A DNA stretch of 64,000 nt from the NCBI GenBank assembly GCA_965371015.1, contig CBDUWU010000001.1, forward strand, positions 1,368-65,367. The letters are read 5' to 3'. Origin of the DNA: an uncultured bacterium (lineage in GTDB: Bacteria; Krumholzibacteriota; Krumholzibacteriia; WVZY01; JAKEHA01). Below, piece after piece: positions 9,756 through 18,321 of the stretch (its first letter is position 1; each line of letters opens with the position of its first letter). The notes under the pieces are model-generated. The model was not told where the DNA came from, searched no databases, and was given only the letters and a program-made list of their open reading frames with translations. A program made the position numbers and the translations under genes.

Positions 9756-10445
9756 ATGAGAAGAATGATACCTGTAATCCTGGTGATCCTCCTTGCCTGC
9801 GCGGGCCAGAAAGATCATCCGATCAGCGTCGAGGTCGAACCCGCTATGGAAGAGGGAACAATTTCGAAGATCGCCGTGTTTCCTTTTCTCAGCGCGCTGC
9901 ACGACTCGGACGATCCCGACGACCTCGCGCCCAGGATGATGGATCAGTATTTTACTCCCGCCCTGGATGCGCGTAATGACTACACGTTCATTTCGTCCGG
10001 CACCGTCCGTTTCGCCGTCGAAGGAAACGAAGCTCTCGAACCACAGTACGAGAAGTTCATGGAGGAGTACCCGAGGACGGGCAAAATAGCCCCGGAATTC
10101 ATGTCCAGTCTCGCCGAAGCACTCAACGCGGATTCGTTTCTCATTCCTGTGGTGGACGTCTGGCAGAAGGACGAGATTGATTACCAGGAGAACGGCACAG
10201 CGACGACCTACGTGGGCGCGACCATCACCGTCGTCGATGAGACCGGCCAGAATGTGCTGTTCCGGGCCACCGACGAGGATTACATCGAGGGCGCACGCAG
10301 TGAGACCAGTGACCGGGGCATTGTTTCGTCGGGCGGCATTGTTCGTTCCGATTCGGGCTCCAGGGCTTACCGGGCGCCTCCGTACGACGAAGTTGCCATC
10401 AAGGTGATCACCTCGCTCGTCGGCAGTCTGCCGGAGCGATACTAG
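9756..10445 (+). CDS. lipoprotein, possibly LpoB/CsgG/TolB-N-like fold
   Basis: signal peptide with lipobox ILLACAG; KIAVFPF...DL pattern recalls LpoB/CsgG-type lipoproteins (weak recollection only). Confidence 0.55.
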   Translation: MRRMIPVILVILLACAGQKDHPISVEVEPAMEEGTISKIAVFPFLSALHDSDDPDDLAPRMMDQYFTPALDARNDYTFISSGTVRFAVEGNEALEPQYEKFMEEYPRTGKIAPEFMSSLAEALNADSFLIPVVDVWQKDEIDYQENGTATTYVGATITVVDETGQNVLFRATDEDYIEGARSETSDRGIVSSGGIVRSDSGSRAYRAPPYDEVAIKVITSLVGSLPERY

Positions 10446-10457
10446 ACGCGGTCCGCG

Positions 10458-10913
10458 ATGCGTGACGACGTCCACTGGATGGGCAAGGCGCTCGAAGAGG
10501 CACATCGTGCGTTCGAGCTCGGTGAGGTGCCGGTGGGGGCGGTCGTGGTCCACCGGGATCGCATCGCAGGCCGGGGCCATAACCGCACCGAGAGTTCGGG
10601 GCAGCCCTTCGAACACGCCGAGGTGGTGGCGATGTGGGATGCCGTGACCAACCTCCGGCGAAAAACTCTCGAAGACTGTATCCTCTATTCGACGGTCGAG
10701 CCGTGCGTGATGTGTATCGGCGCGGTCATTCTGGCGCGCGTACCCAGGGTGATTTTCGGCGTTCGCGAGCCGCGGACGGGCGCGTGCGAAAGCGTGTTTG
10801 CGATTCCCAACGATCCATCACTCGAAAATCCGGTAGTGGTTACTGGAGGAGTCGAAGAGGAGCGCGCCAGAGAACTCATGCAGGCGTTCTTCCGCCGCCG
10901 GAGAAACCCGTAG
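10458..10913 (+). CDS. tadA: tRNA-specific adenosine deaminase
   Basis: CMP/dCMP deaminase zinc motifs HAEVVAM and EPCVMCIGA; 151 aa. Confidence 0.85.
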   Translation: MRDDVHWMGKALEEAHRAFELGEVPVGAVVVHRDRIAGRGHNRTESSGQPFEHAEVVAMWDAVTNLRRKTLEDCILYSTVEPCVMCIGAVILARVPRVIFGVREPRTGACESVFAIPNDPSLENPVVVTGGVEEERARELMQAFFRRRRNP

Positions 10914-10974
10914 GGCAGGTAGCGACGAGGATTGTGGTTGATTCCGGGCCGGATGCGTGTATCGTTACTGCTAC

Positions 10975-11065
10975 GGAGAGATGCGAGAGCTGGCTTAATC
11001 GGCACGACTGGAAATCGTGTGTATGCGGAAGTGTACCGAGGGTTCGAATCCCTCTCTCTCCGCCA
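10975..11065 (+). tRNA. tRNA-Ser (anticodon GGA), class II with long variable arm
   Basis: GGAGAGA/TCTCTCC acceptor stem, anticodon loop CTGGAAA, T-loop GGTTCGAATCC, 3' GCCA. Confidence 0.85.
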
Positions 11066-11192
11066 TCCATTTATCCCGCGAAACGCCACGCGGGGACTCA
11101 CCCCGACGTGACTCCAAACCCCTTCCGCCCGATTCAGCCGTAACCGCATTTGCGGTCTTGCCCTCCCCCGCTCGATCCGCTATCATTCCCGC

Positions 11193-11282
11193 GGAGAGAT
11201 GCCAGAGCGGTTGAATGGGGCGGTCTCGAAAACCGTTGAGTGCGCAAGTGCTCCGGGGGTTCGAATCCCCCTCTCTCCGCCA
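11193..11282 (+). tRNA. tRNA-Ser (anticodon CGA)
   Basis: near-identical to E. coli tRNA-Ser(CGA): GGAGAGATGCC...GGTCTCGAAAACC...GGGGGTTCGAATCCCCCTCTCTCCGCCA. Confidence 0.85.
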
Positions 11283-11308
11283 TTTTTTTGATATTACCGG
11301 AATACGGT

Positions 11309-11384
11309 GGGGATGTAGCTCAGTTGGGAGAGCACCTCGTTCGCAACGAGGGGGCCGGCGGTTCGAGTCCGCTCATCTCCACCA
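11309..11384 (+). tRNA. tRNA-Ala (anticodon CGC)
   Basis: GGGGATGTAGCTCAGTTGGGAGAGC; G3-U70 Ala identity pair; anticodon loop TTCGCAA; encoded CCA. Confidence 0.85.
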
Positions 11385-11410
11385 TTTGAAATCTGACGCA
11401 GAACTGTTAA

Positions 11411-11692
11411 AGAGATCGTGCTAGACGGGGTGTTAGCGGTACCCTCTTCCCGCAATCCGCTATAGCGGGGTCGAATTCCCTCCCGCGGGCGACCGGGGTC
11501 GATGTTCACGATCGTGGAAGTGGCGTCGATGGTCAGGTCCCGCGCAATGGTCACCCACGAACCCCGTCAGGACCGGAAGGTAGCAGCGGTAACTGGATCT
11601 GATCATGTGATGCGGGGTCACCTGTCCGGAGTTAACCCGCGGTCGTGTCACGGGTCCGGCGTTCAACGGTGGGTGCACGATCTCTTTTTTTT
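11411..11692 (+). ncRNA. ffs: signal recognition particle RNA, large Bacillus-type (~275 nt), with U-tract terminator
   Basis: domain IV motif GTCAGGACCGGAAGGTAGCAGCGGTAA at 11566-11592 (about 20/22 match to bacterial GUCAGGUCCGGAAGGAAGCAGC); 5' AGAGATCGTGC (11411-11421) is exactly complementary to 3' GCACGATCTCT (11675-11685), giving a terminal helix followed by T8; sits immediately upstream of dnaX as in Bacillus. Confidence 0.6.
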
Positions 11693-11716
11693 CACCTGCC
11701 ATTTGTCGGGGGCGCG

Positions 11717-13507
11717 ATGAGCTACGAGGTTCTGGCGAGAAAATGGCGTCCGCTCAAGTTCGACGATGTCGTCGGGCAGGACCACATCACGCGGACGCTC
11801 AAGAAGGCGGTCGAGACGGACCGGGTGTCGCACGCCTACATGCTGGCCGGTCCCAGGGGCTGCGGCAAGACCAGCACGGCGCGCATCCTCGCCCGGGTGA
11901 TCAACTGCGAAACGCCGCCCGGAGATGGCAACCCCTGTAACGAATGTCCGTCCTGCATCGGCGTCATCCGGGGCAACAACCTCGACGTGATGGAAATCGA
12001 CGGTGCCTCCCACACTGGCGTCAGCGAAGTCCGCGACCTGCAGGAGAGCATCGGTTACGTCCCCAGCCAGTCCCGTAACAAGATCTACATCATCGACGAA
12101 GTCCACATGCTGTCGACGCACGCGTTCAACGCGCTCTTGAAGACGCTGGAAGAACCCCCGAATCACGTCTATTTTATTTTCGCCACCACTGCGCCCAACA
12201 AGATACCCGACACGATCAAGTCCCGTTGTCAGCGGCATCACTTCAAGCGAATGGAAATAAAAGAGATAGCCGGGCAACTAAAAAAGATCTGCGACGAGGA
12301 GGGGGTGGCAAGCGACGAAGAGGGGTTGAGACTCCTCGCCCGCAAGGCGGACGGCAGCATGAGGGACGGAACGAGTCTGCTCGATCAGTGCATCACGTCG
12401 TCGGACGGAAACATCACGACCGAATCGGTTCGAGACATCCTGGGACTGATCGACCAGGAGACGGTGTTCGCGTTCATGAGGAGTATCGCGGACGGCGATT
12501 CGACCGGGGCCCTTCGGCATTTGAGCGCGTGCATCGACGAGGGACTCGACGTCCAGGAGCTGTGCGCGGCGCTGTTGGAAGGGTACCGGGACCTGATGCT
12601 GCTGGCCACCCCGGGTGATCTCAGCGACCTGCTCTTTCGCTCCCGGGATGAAATCGAATTGATGCGCGAAATGCTTTCGGTCTACGAGTTGCCGGATCTG
12701 GTTACGATCGTGGAACGGTTGTGCGATGCTGTACCCCGGCTCAAATCGGCTGCCGATCCGAGGATTCAGCTGGAGAGCTTCCTCGTCGATCTTTCGCTGC
12801 TCGACCGACAGGTAGATATCCGCCGGCTCATCACGGACCTCGAGTCGCCCACAGGGGGCAAGGCCCCCGCAGGGGAAGGGGGTGCCGTCACGGGAACAGC
12901 TTCGCCGGCGGCGAGATCACCACGGCCGGGCTCGACAAAAAGAGATGCCTCCCCGGGGGGCGACGCGGGAAGACGGGGAAATGGTGGAGTGGAGCGAGCC
13001 GACGACGGAGAAACGGCGGGGACGGCCACTGTGATGACGCGGGACGAAGGCGCCGGAGCATTCCCGGCAAAAGATGAAAACGTCGCGTCGACGGGAGAAT
13101 TATCTCTGGATACGCACAAGATGCTGGAGCTGTGGGACGGATTCGTTTCGTTCGTCCGGCAGAAGAAGCTCCGCCTGGGCGTGAGCCTGATCTCGGGGAA
13201 GATACACTCGTTCGACGGAGCGACCTTGACGCTGCGCTTTGCCCGCAGTTTCGGTCCGCAAAAGGAACAGGTGATGAAACCGGAGAGCATGGAATATCTG
13301 CGGCGCATGCTGGCGAAGTATTTCGGGCGGGAGATCGACGTGGTGTGTTTCCAGGAAGGCGAGGAACGCGAAGCCCGGCTGGACCAGAAGGTAAGGACCG
13401 CGAAGGCGCCGACCGACCGCCTCCGTGGTATTGCGGAAGAGAAAAAACCGCTGGTGAAGAAGTTGCTCGACGAGTTCGACGGCGAAATCATCCGGTACAA
13501 CCCATGA
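11717..13507 (+). CDS. dnaX: DNA polymerase III subunits gamma/tau
   Basis: MSYEVLARKWRP..., Walker A GPRGCGKTSTARI, zinc module CNECPSCIG, IIDEVHMLS; C-terminal Pro/Gly-rich tau-like extension. Confidence 0.9.
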   Translation: MSYEVLARKWRPLKFDDVVGQDHITRTLKKAVETDRVSHAYMLAGPRGCGKTSTARILARVINCETPPGDGNPCNECPSCIGVIRGNNLDVMEIDGASHTGVSEVRDLQESIGYVPSQSRNKIYIIDEVHMLSTHAFNALLKTLEEPPNHVYFIFATTAPNKIPDTIKSRCQRHHFKRMEIKEIAGQLKKICDEEGVASDEEGLRLLARKADGSMRDGTSLLDQCITSSDGNITTESVRDILGLIDQETVFAFMRSIADGDSTGALRHLSACIDEGLDVQELCAALLEGYRDLMLLATPGDLSDLLFRSRDEIELMREMLSVYELPDLVTIVERLCDAVPRLKSAADPRIQLESFLVDLSLLDRQVDIRRLITDLESPTGGKAPAGEGGAVTGTASPAARSPRPGSTKRDASPGGDAGRRGNGGVERADDGETAGTATVMTRDEGAGAFPAKDENVASTGELSLDTHKMLELWDGFVSFVRQKKLRLGVSLISGKIHSFDGATLTLRFARSFGPQKEQVMKPESMEYLRRMLAKYFGREIDVVCFQEGEEREARLDQKVRTAKAPTDRLRGIAEEKKPLVKKLLDEFDGEIIRYNP

Positions 13508-13518
13508 CGAGGTGAACG

Positions 13519-13830
13519 ATGGCGAACATTGGAAAGATGATGAAGCAGGCCCAGGAGATGCAGGCCAAGATGGCCCAGCTGCAGGAAGAGCTGGCGAAGA
13601 CTGAGTTCGAGGTCTCGAGCGGCGGCGGAATGGTGACGGTCCGGATGAACGGTCAGCAGGAAATGCTGTCGCTCAAGATCGAGGATGAGGTATTCGCCGA
13701 CGGCGACAAGGAAATGCTGGAAGACCTGATCGTCGCCGCGGTCAGCGAGGCTCGCCAGAAAGCCGCCGAGTTGGCCCAGGAGCAGATGTCCTCACTCACC
13801 GGCGGCATGAATATCCCCGGTCTTTTTTAA
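13519..13830 (+). CDS. ybaB: nucleoid-associated protein YbaB/EbfC
   Basis: 103 aa, MKQAQEMQAKMAQLQEEL...GGMNIPGLF typical YbaB. Confidence 0.9.
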   Translation: MANIGKMMKQAQEMQAKMAQLQEELAKTEFEVSSGGGMVTVRMNGQQEMLSLKIEDEVFADGDKEMLEDLIVAAVSEARQKAAELAQEQMSSLTGGMNIPGLF

Positions 13831-13950
13831 TCACAGACCCGACGTTGAATTTGGATGGGCAGGCCGACGTAATAAGAGCCGGAGGCCCCCGGTGCCGACG
13901 CCAGCAGTCGAGGCGCGGCGGCGGTTATGTCTATAAGAGAAGGAGAGAGA

Positions 13951-14550
13951 ATGGATTACGGATCCGAGACGCTGGGGGCGCTGGTCAAGGCGCTATCGAG
14001 GTTGCCTGGGATCGGTTCCAAAACGGCCCAGCGGCTCGCCCTGTTTCTGCTCAGGGGCAAAAACGAAGAGGCCGAAACCCTCGGACACCTTCTGGCGATC
14101 CTCAAGGACAAGGTCCGGTTCTGTGACACCTGTGGCAGTATTACCGAGATCCAGGAATGTGCAATTTGCACGAATCCCGCCCGGAATCAGGAGCTGATCT
14201 GCGTCGTGGAGGAACCCCAGGACGTGCTAACTATCGAAAAAACAGGACAATACAGAGGGCTTTACCACGTTCTCCACGGTGTGTTGTCTCCGATCGACGG
14301 AGTCACCCCGGATAAGCTCGGCTTCAAGGCCCTGGAGGGGCGCGTACGGGCGGGTGAGGTCAAGGAAGTCATTGTCGCTACGAATCCTACTGTTGAAGGG
14401 GACACGACGGCGCTTTACATCGCAAAATCCCTCGTGTCCGCCCCCTGCACTGTCACGAGACTTGCTAGAGGTCTCCCAATGGGCGGAACCCTCGAATTCG
14501 CCGACGATTTAACCTTGGTGAAAGCGATCGAGCGCAGGGAAAAGCTGTAG
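13951..14550 (+). CDS. recR: recombination protein RecR
   Basis: HhH LPGIGSKTAQRLA, C4 zinc finger CDTCGSITE...CAIC, Toprim domain; GGAGAGAG RBS before ATG 13951. Confidence 0.9.
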   Translation: MDYGSETLGALVKALSRLPGIGSKTAQRLALFLLRGKNEEAETLGHLLAILKDKVRFCDTCGSITEIQECAICTNPARNQELICVVEEPQDVLTIEKTGQYRGLYHVLHGVLSPIDGVTPDKLGFKALEGRVRAGEVKEVIVATNPTVEGDTTALYIAKSLVSAPCTVTRLARGLPMGGTLEFADDLTLVKAIERREKL

Positions 14551-14625
14551 CCGCAGCGAACCGTGCTTCGGCGCGTGTCGTGCCCTGTGCGACAACCGGT
14601 ACCGGATTCGGACTGGAGCGAGTGT

Positions 14626-15123
14626 ATGATAAAGGCTGACTGGACAATTTACGAAGAAGACTACTGGGCCATAAACAGTGTCCTCAAAGAACTCATCGAC
14701 AATTCCAATTCCCAGAGCGTGCTGCTGATAGACAAAACCGGGCAGCTCATCGCCAGCGTAGGCATGGAGCCCGAGTTTGATCTCATGAGCTTCGCCTCGC
14801 TGTGTGCGGCGGATTTCGAAGCCAATGCGCAACTGGCTAATTTGATCGGTGAAAAAGATTTTTCTACGCTGTACCACCAGGGCTCCGACGAGAGCATGTA
14901 CCTGTCAAGAGTGGCGCAGGCGATTATTCTTGTCGTGCTGTTCAACAAGCGTACGACTCTCGGTCTGGTCCGGCTGCGCGTCAAAAAAGCGGTCGAAGGA
15001 CTCAACACGATACTCAACGGTCTTTTCGATAAACTCGAATACGAAAACGAAGACCTCAAGGAATTCGACGCCGAATTTGCCGACGAGCTGAACAAAGAAA
15101 TCGATTCACTTTTCCAGGACTGA
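14626..15123 (+). CDS. mglB: Roadblock/LC7 domain protein, MglB-like GTPase-activating protein
   Basis: ~165 aa Roadblock-type sequence ([16 protein letters not shown]...) directly upstream of and co-oriented with mglA. Confidence 0.7.
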   Translation: MIKADWTIYEEDYWAINSVLKELIDNSNSQSVLLIDKTGQLIASVGMEPEFDLMSFASLCAADFEANAQLANLIGEKDFSTLYHQGSDESMYLSRVAQAIILVVLFNKRTTLGLVRLRVKKAVEGLNTILNGLFDKLEYENEDLKEFDAEFADELNKEIDSLFQD

Positions 15124-15139
15124 CGCAGGGAGCCGGTGC

Positions 15140-15724
15140 ATGTCGCTCATCAATTACTCGTCGCGTGAAATCAACTGCAAGATCGTGTACTACGGCGCTG
15201 GTTTGTGCGGCAAGACCACGAACATCCAGCACGTTTACAACAAGGTCGATCCCGGAACCAAGGGCAAGCTGATCACGCTGGCCACAGAGATGGACCGCAC
15301 GCTGTTCTTTGACTTTCTCCCGCTCGAACTGGGTACCGTCAAGGGATTCAAGACCCGGTTCCACCTCTACACCGTGCCCGGCCAGGTGTACTACGACGCG
15401 TCGCGCAAGCTCATCCTGCGCGGGGTCGACGGTATCGTATTCGTCGCCGACTCGCAGACCGCGCGCTTCGACGCCAATATCGAGAGCCTGTACAACCTCC
15501 ACGACAACCTCGATGAGTACAAGCTCAAGATCGAGGACATACCGTTCGTCATCCAGTACAACAAACGGGACATGCCGGACATCATCACCATGGAAGACCT
15601 CGAGCAGGAGCTCAATCCCGAAGGGTACCCCAGTTACGAGGCCGTGGCCGTCCAGGGCGACGGTGTGTTCGACACGCTCAAGGCCGTGGCCAAAGGCGTT
15701 CTCAAAAAACTTTCCCAGAACTGA
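15140..15724 (+). CDS. mglA: Ras-like small GTPase MglA
   Basis: [16 protein letters not shown]-loop, DTAG-equivalent TVPGQ, NKRD G4 motif; 194 aa. Confidence 0.85.
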   Translation: MSLINYSSREINCKIVYYGAGLCGKTTNIQHVYNKVDPGTKGKLITLATEMDRTLFFDFLPLELGTVKGFKTRFHLYTVPGQVYYDASRKLILRGVDGIVFVADSQTARFDANIESLYNLHDNLDEYKLKIEDIPFVIQYNKRDMPDIITMEDLEQELNPEGYPSYEAVAVQGDGVFDTLKAVAKGVLKKLSQN

Positions 15725-15760
15725 CCCCCCACCCGCCTCTCCGACAAAAACAGGTTGAGT

Positions 15761-15787
15761 ATCCGCCCCCGGGCGGATATTTTCTTT
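15761..15787 (+). terminator. rho-independent terminator after mglA
   Basis: ATCCGCCC-CC-GGGCGGAT hairpin followed by ATTTTCTTT. Confidence 0.5.
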
Positions 15788-15828
15788 GAGCCGGGTCGCC
15801 CGGGCCTTCCGGACCCGGCGGCCTGTTA

Positions 15829-16344
15829 TTGCCCCCTATCGCTCACCCTCCCCGGGAGGCATGCTTGGACTTCTTCGTCCGGTTGATCGGCACGTTCGGG
15901 TACACCGGCTTCTTTCCGGTCGGTCCCGCGACGTTTGCATCGCTCGTATTCGTCCTGATCTACGCGTTCGTGCCCGGCGGCGAGGTCGTGGCGCACCCGA
16001 TCGTCTGCGTGGTCACGCTGGTCGTTTCGATCCCGGTGTCGACGAGGATGGAGAAATTCTACGGAAAGGACCCCGGGTGTGTCGTGATCGACGAGATCGT
16101 GGGTATGCAGGCCGTGCTCGTGGGCGCTTCCGGCGTGGGGCTGTGGGGGTTGGTGGCCGCCTTCGCGTTGTTCCGCGTCTTCGACATCGCCAAGCCTTTT
16201 CCCGCGGGCCGCTCTCAGCACCTGCCGGGCGGGTGGGGAATCGTCATCGACGACGTCGTGGCCGGTATCTACGCGCGCATATCCGTGATCCTGTTGTCCC
16301 TTTTGATCCCGTCGCTGGGCGGGTTCGTGCCCTGGGGCGGTTGA
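15829..16344 (+). CDS. pgpA: phosphatidylglycerophosphatase A
   Basis: FVRLIGTFGYTGFFPVGPATFASL aligns with E. coli PgpA LLAVGFGSGLSPIVPGTMGSL; C-terminal GGWGIVIDDVVAGIYA matches GGMGIMIDDIVAGV; exact start uncertain. Confidence 0.7.
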   Translation: MPPIAHPPREACLDFFVRLIGTFGYTGFFPVGPATFASLVFVLIYAFVPGGEVVAHPIVCVVTLVVSIPVSTRMEKFYGKDPGCVVIDEIVGMQAVLVGASGVGLWGLVAAFALFRVFDIAKPFPAGRSQHLPGGWGIVIDDVVAGIYARISVILLSLLIPSLGGFVPWGG

Positions 16345-16364
16345 ACTTCCATCGGAAAGTGGTG

Positions 16365-17621
16365 ATGATTGTGTCCAGGAGTGACGTGGAAATCCTGCTC
16401 GTCGGCGATGAACTGCTCAAGGGCGAACGAACCGACGCGCACGCGGTGTGGCTGGGTAGCCGGCTCCTCGGCCTCGGAGCGCGGGTGGCGCGAGTCTGTA
16501 CCGTCGGCGATGACGTCGGGGAAATCTCGGCCATCATCCGCGATCGGCTCGCGGCGACACGTGTTCTGATTGTGACAGGGGGGCTCGGCCCGACGCCGGA
16601 CGACGTCACCGCCGAGGCAGTCTCCTCGGCCCTCGGACTCGGCCAGGAGTTCCACGAACCTTCCTGGGAAGCTATCCAGAGAATCTTCGCAGCCCACGGC
16701 CGCCAGGCGACGGACATCAACCGCAAACAGGCGATGTTTCCCGCCGGCGCGGCGGTGCTTCCAAACGAACTGGGAACGGCGCCCGGATTCACCGTCGATG
16801 CCCACGGAGCGACGATCTTCGTGCTGCCGGGACCGCCCGTGGAGGTGCACCGAATGTTCGAGAACGACGTGCTCCCGCGTTTGAGTGCGATCTTCGGGAA
16901 TGAACCGGTACGGGTCGAAACGTATCGCACCATCGGAGTCGGCGAGTCGTCGCTGCGCGAACTCATCGGGGACAAACTCGATGCCTTGTCCGCATACAAT
17001 GTGTCGTCGCTTCCTTCCCGGATCAGCGTCGACATCATCCTGACGGAAAAGCCGGACCTCACCGACAGAAATGTTCTCGAGGAAGAGGCCAACCGTTTCG
17101 AGCGCGACCTTCGTCAAAAGATCGGCAACTATTTCTTTGAGCGCGGCCCTCGTTCACTGTTCAACGTCGTCCACGACCGGCTCATACAGAGCGGCGAAAC
17201 GCTGGCCGTCGCCGAGTCCCTGACCGGCGGATGGATCGGCAAGCAGTTCACCGACCTCCCCGGAAGCAGCGCCTACCTCCTGTCCGATGTGGTGGCCTAC
17301 GCCGACCGGGCAAAAGCCGAATTCCTGGGCGTGCAGCCGGAAACGATCGAAAAGTACGGCGCTGTCAGCGAGGAAACGTGCACCGAAATGGCCCACGGCG
17401 CCCGGCACAAGAGCGGCGCCACCTGGGGGCTGGCGACAACCGGGATTGCCGGTCCGGACGGGGGTACGCCCAGAAAGCCCGTGGGGTTGACCTATCTCGG
17501 CATCTCCTGGGACGGAGGATGCCTGGTCAAACGCCAGGTGTACGCGGGCACCCGTGACGACGTGCGGCGGCGGGCAAGCGCCGGCGTTGTGTGGATGTTG
17601 TTCGACCGGCTGAATTCGTGA
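16365..17621 (+). CDS. cinA: competence/damage-inducible protein CinA (MoeA-like N-domain + NMN deamidase C-domain)
   Basis: VEILLVGDELLKG N-terminus, C-terminal CinA motif LAVAESLTGGWIGKQFTDLPGSS; the long 15786 ORF is read-through in the same frame, true start ATG 16365. Confidence 0.85.
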   Translation: MIVSRSDVEILLVGDELLKGERTDAHAVWLGSRLLGLGARVARVCTVGDDVGEISAIIRDRLAATRVLIVTGGLGPTPDDVTAEAVSSALGLGQEFHEPSWEAIQRIFAAHGRQATDINRKQAMFPAGAAVLPNELGTAPGFTVDAHGATIFVLPGPPVEVHRMFENDVLPRLSAIFGNEPVRVETYRTIGVGESSLRELIGDKLDALSAYNVSSLPSRISVDIILTEKPDLTDRNVLEEEANRFERDLRQKIGNYFFERGPRSLFNVVHDRLIQSGETLAVAESLTGGWIGKQFTDLPGSSAYLLSDVVAYADRAKAEFLGVQPETIEKYGAVSEETCTEMAHGARHKSGATWGLATTGIAGPDGGTPRKPVGLTYLGISWDGGCLVKRQVYAGTRDDVRRRASAGVVWMLFDRLNS

Positions 17622-18193
17622 TGGGACTTCGACTCTTCATCGCCGTTAATCTCGATTCCCGCGTCCGGGACAAAATTGCCTCGGCCATCGACGGGTTTCC
17701 CGTCGATCGCCCGCCCTGGAGGTGGACCCGGCCGGTGACCTGGCACGTGACCCTCAAGTTTCTCGGCGACACACCCGACACCGACGTCGCAACCATTTCA
17801 CGCTGTCTCGAGGGCGTGGCGGCTCGCCACCGCGCTTTCGACCTCGAGCTGCGTGATTTCGGCGGTTTCCCCTCGCTGAAAAGGCCGCGCGTCCTGTTTT
17901 TCAGCGCCGACCGGGGTGCCGGGGCGCTCCGTGGCCTCGCCGCCGACGTCGACGAAACGCTCGCCGACGTCATGGGGCTGGCGCCTGAGGCGCGGCGGTT
18001 CCACGCTCATGTCACCGTCGCCCGCGTGAAGTCCCGGATTCCGTCCGACCTGGCGGGCCGTCTGGAGGCGGTTCCGGGGTTGGCAGGGGCTGTGCAGACC
18101 GTCGCCTCCCTCGACCTGGTAAAGAGCGAATTACACCGCGAGGGGGCCAGATACGAGTGCCTTAAAGCATTTGCACTGCCCCCTGCGCCGTGA
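17621..18193 (+). CDS. thpR: RNA 2',3'-cyclic phosphodiesterase (2H phosphoesterase, ThpR/LigT)
   Basis: two H-x-T-x motifs HVTLKFLG and HAHVTVAR; ATGA start/stop overlap with cinA. Confidence 0.8.
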   Translation: MGLRLFIAVNLDSRVRDKIASAIDGFPVDRPPWRWTRPVTWHVTLKFLGDTPDTDVATISRCLEGVAARHRAFDLELRDFGGFPSLKRPRVLFFSADRGAGALRGLAADVDETLADVMGLAPEARRFHAHVTVARVKSRIPSDLAGRLEAVPGLAGAVQTVASLDLVKSELHREGARYECLKAFALPPAP

Positions 18194-18321
18194 TACTATT
18201 TCCGCGCTGACAAGGCGTTATGTGCTTTCGCCCGACCCCTTGGGACTGGCTGGTTGGGGAGGCGGCGGAAGGTGGGTAGGTGGGTGTAACCAGCCGGTAC
18301 TGTTTCAGAAAGGGGTTTTCA

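Noticed and set aside
9753-10616. 287-aa ORF on the minus strand
   Set aside because: Fully antisense to the lipoprotein gene and tadA, which have clear motifs; no recognisable motif; a typical long shadow ORF of high-GC DNA
10920-11410. possible integrated element at the tRNA-Ser/Ser/Ala cluster
   Set aside because: No integrase, excisionase, direct repeats of a tRNA 3' end or foreign-looking genes flank the cluster; the tRNAs are followed directly by the conserved ffs-dnaX-ybaB-recR block
11425-11500. tRNA/tmRNA-like element suggested by GGGGTCGAATTCCC (T-loop-like)
   Set aside because: No acceptor stem, D-arm or anticodon arm could be built on either strand; the segment lies inside the inferred SRP RNA, between its terminal helix and domain IV, and is better explained as the Alu-domain portion
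11294-11554. 86-aa minus-strand ORF spanning the tRNA-Ala region
   Set aside because: Its translation ...EVLSQLSYIP... is the well-known artefact of reading a tRNA D-arm in reverse complement; it covers tRNA-Ala and the SRP RNA 5' end
15786-17621. 611-aa ORF suggesting a single large protein
   Set aside because: The N-terminal 190 codons are an out-of-frame overlap of pgpA, which reads in another frame with clear PgpA motifs; recognisable CinA sequence starts at ATG 16365 with its own RBS
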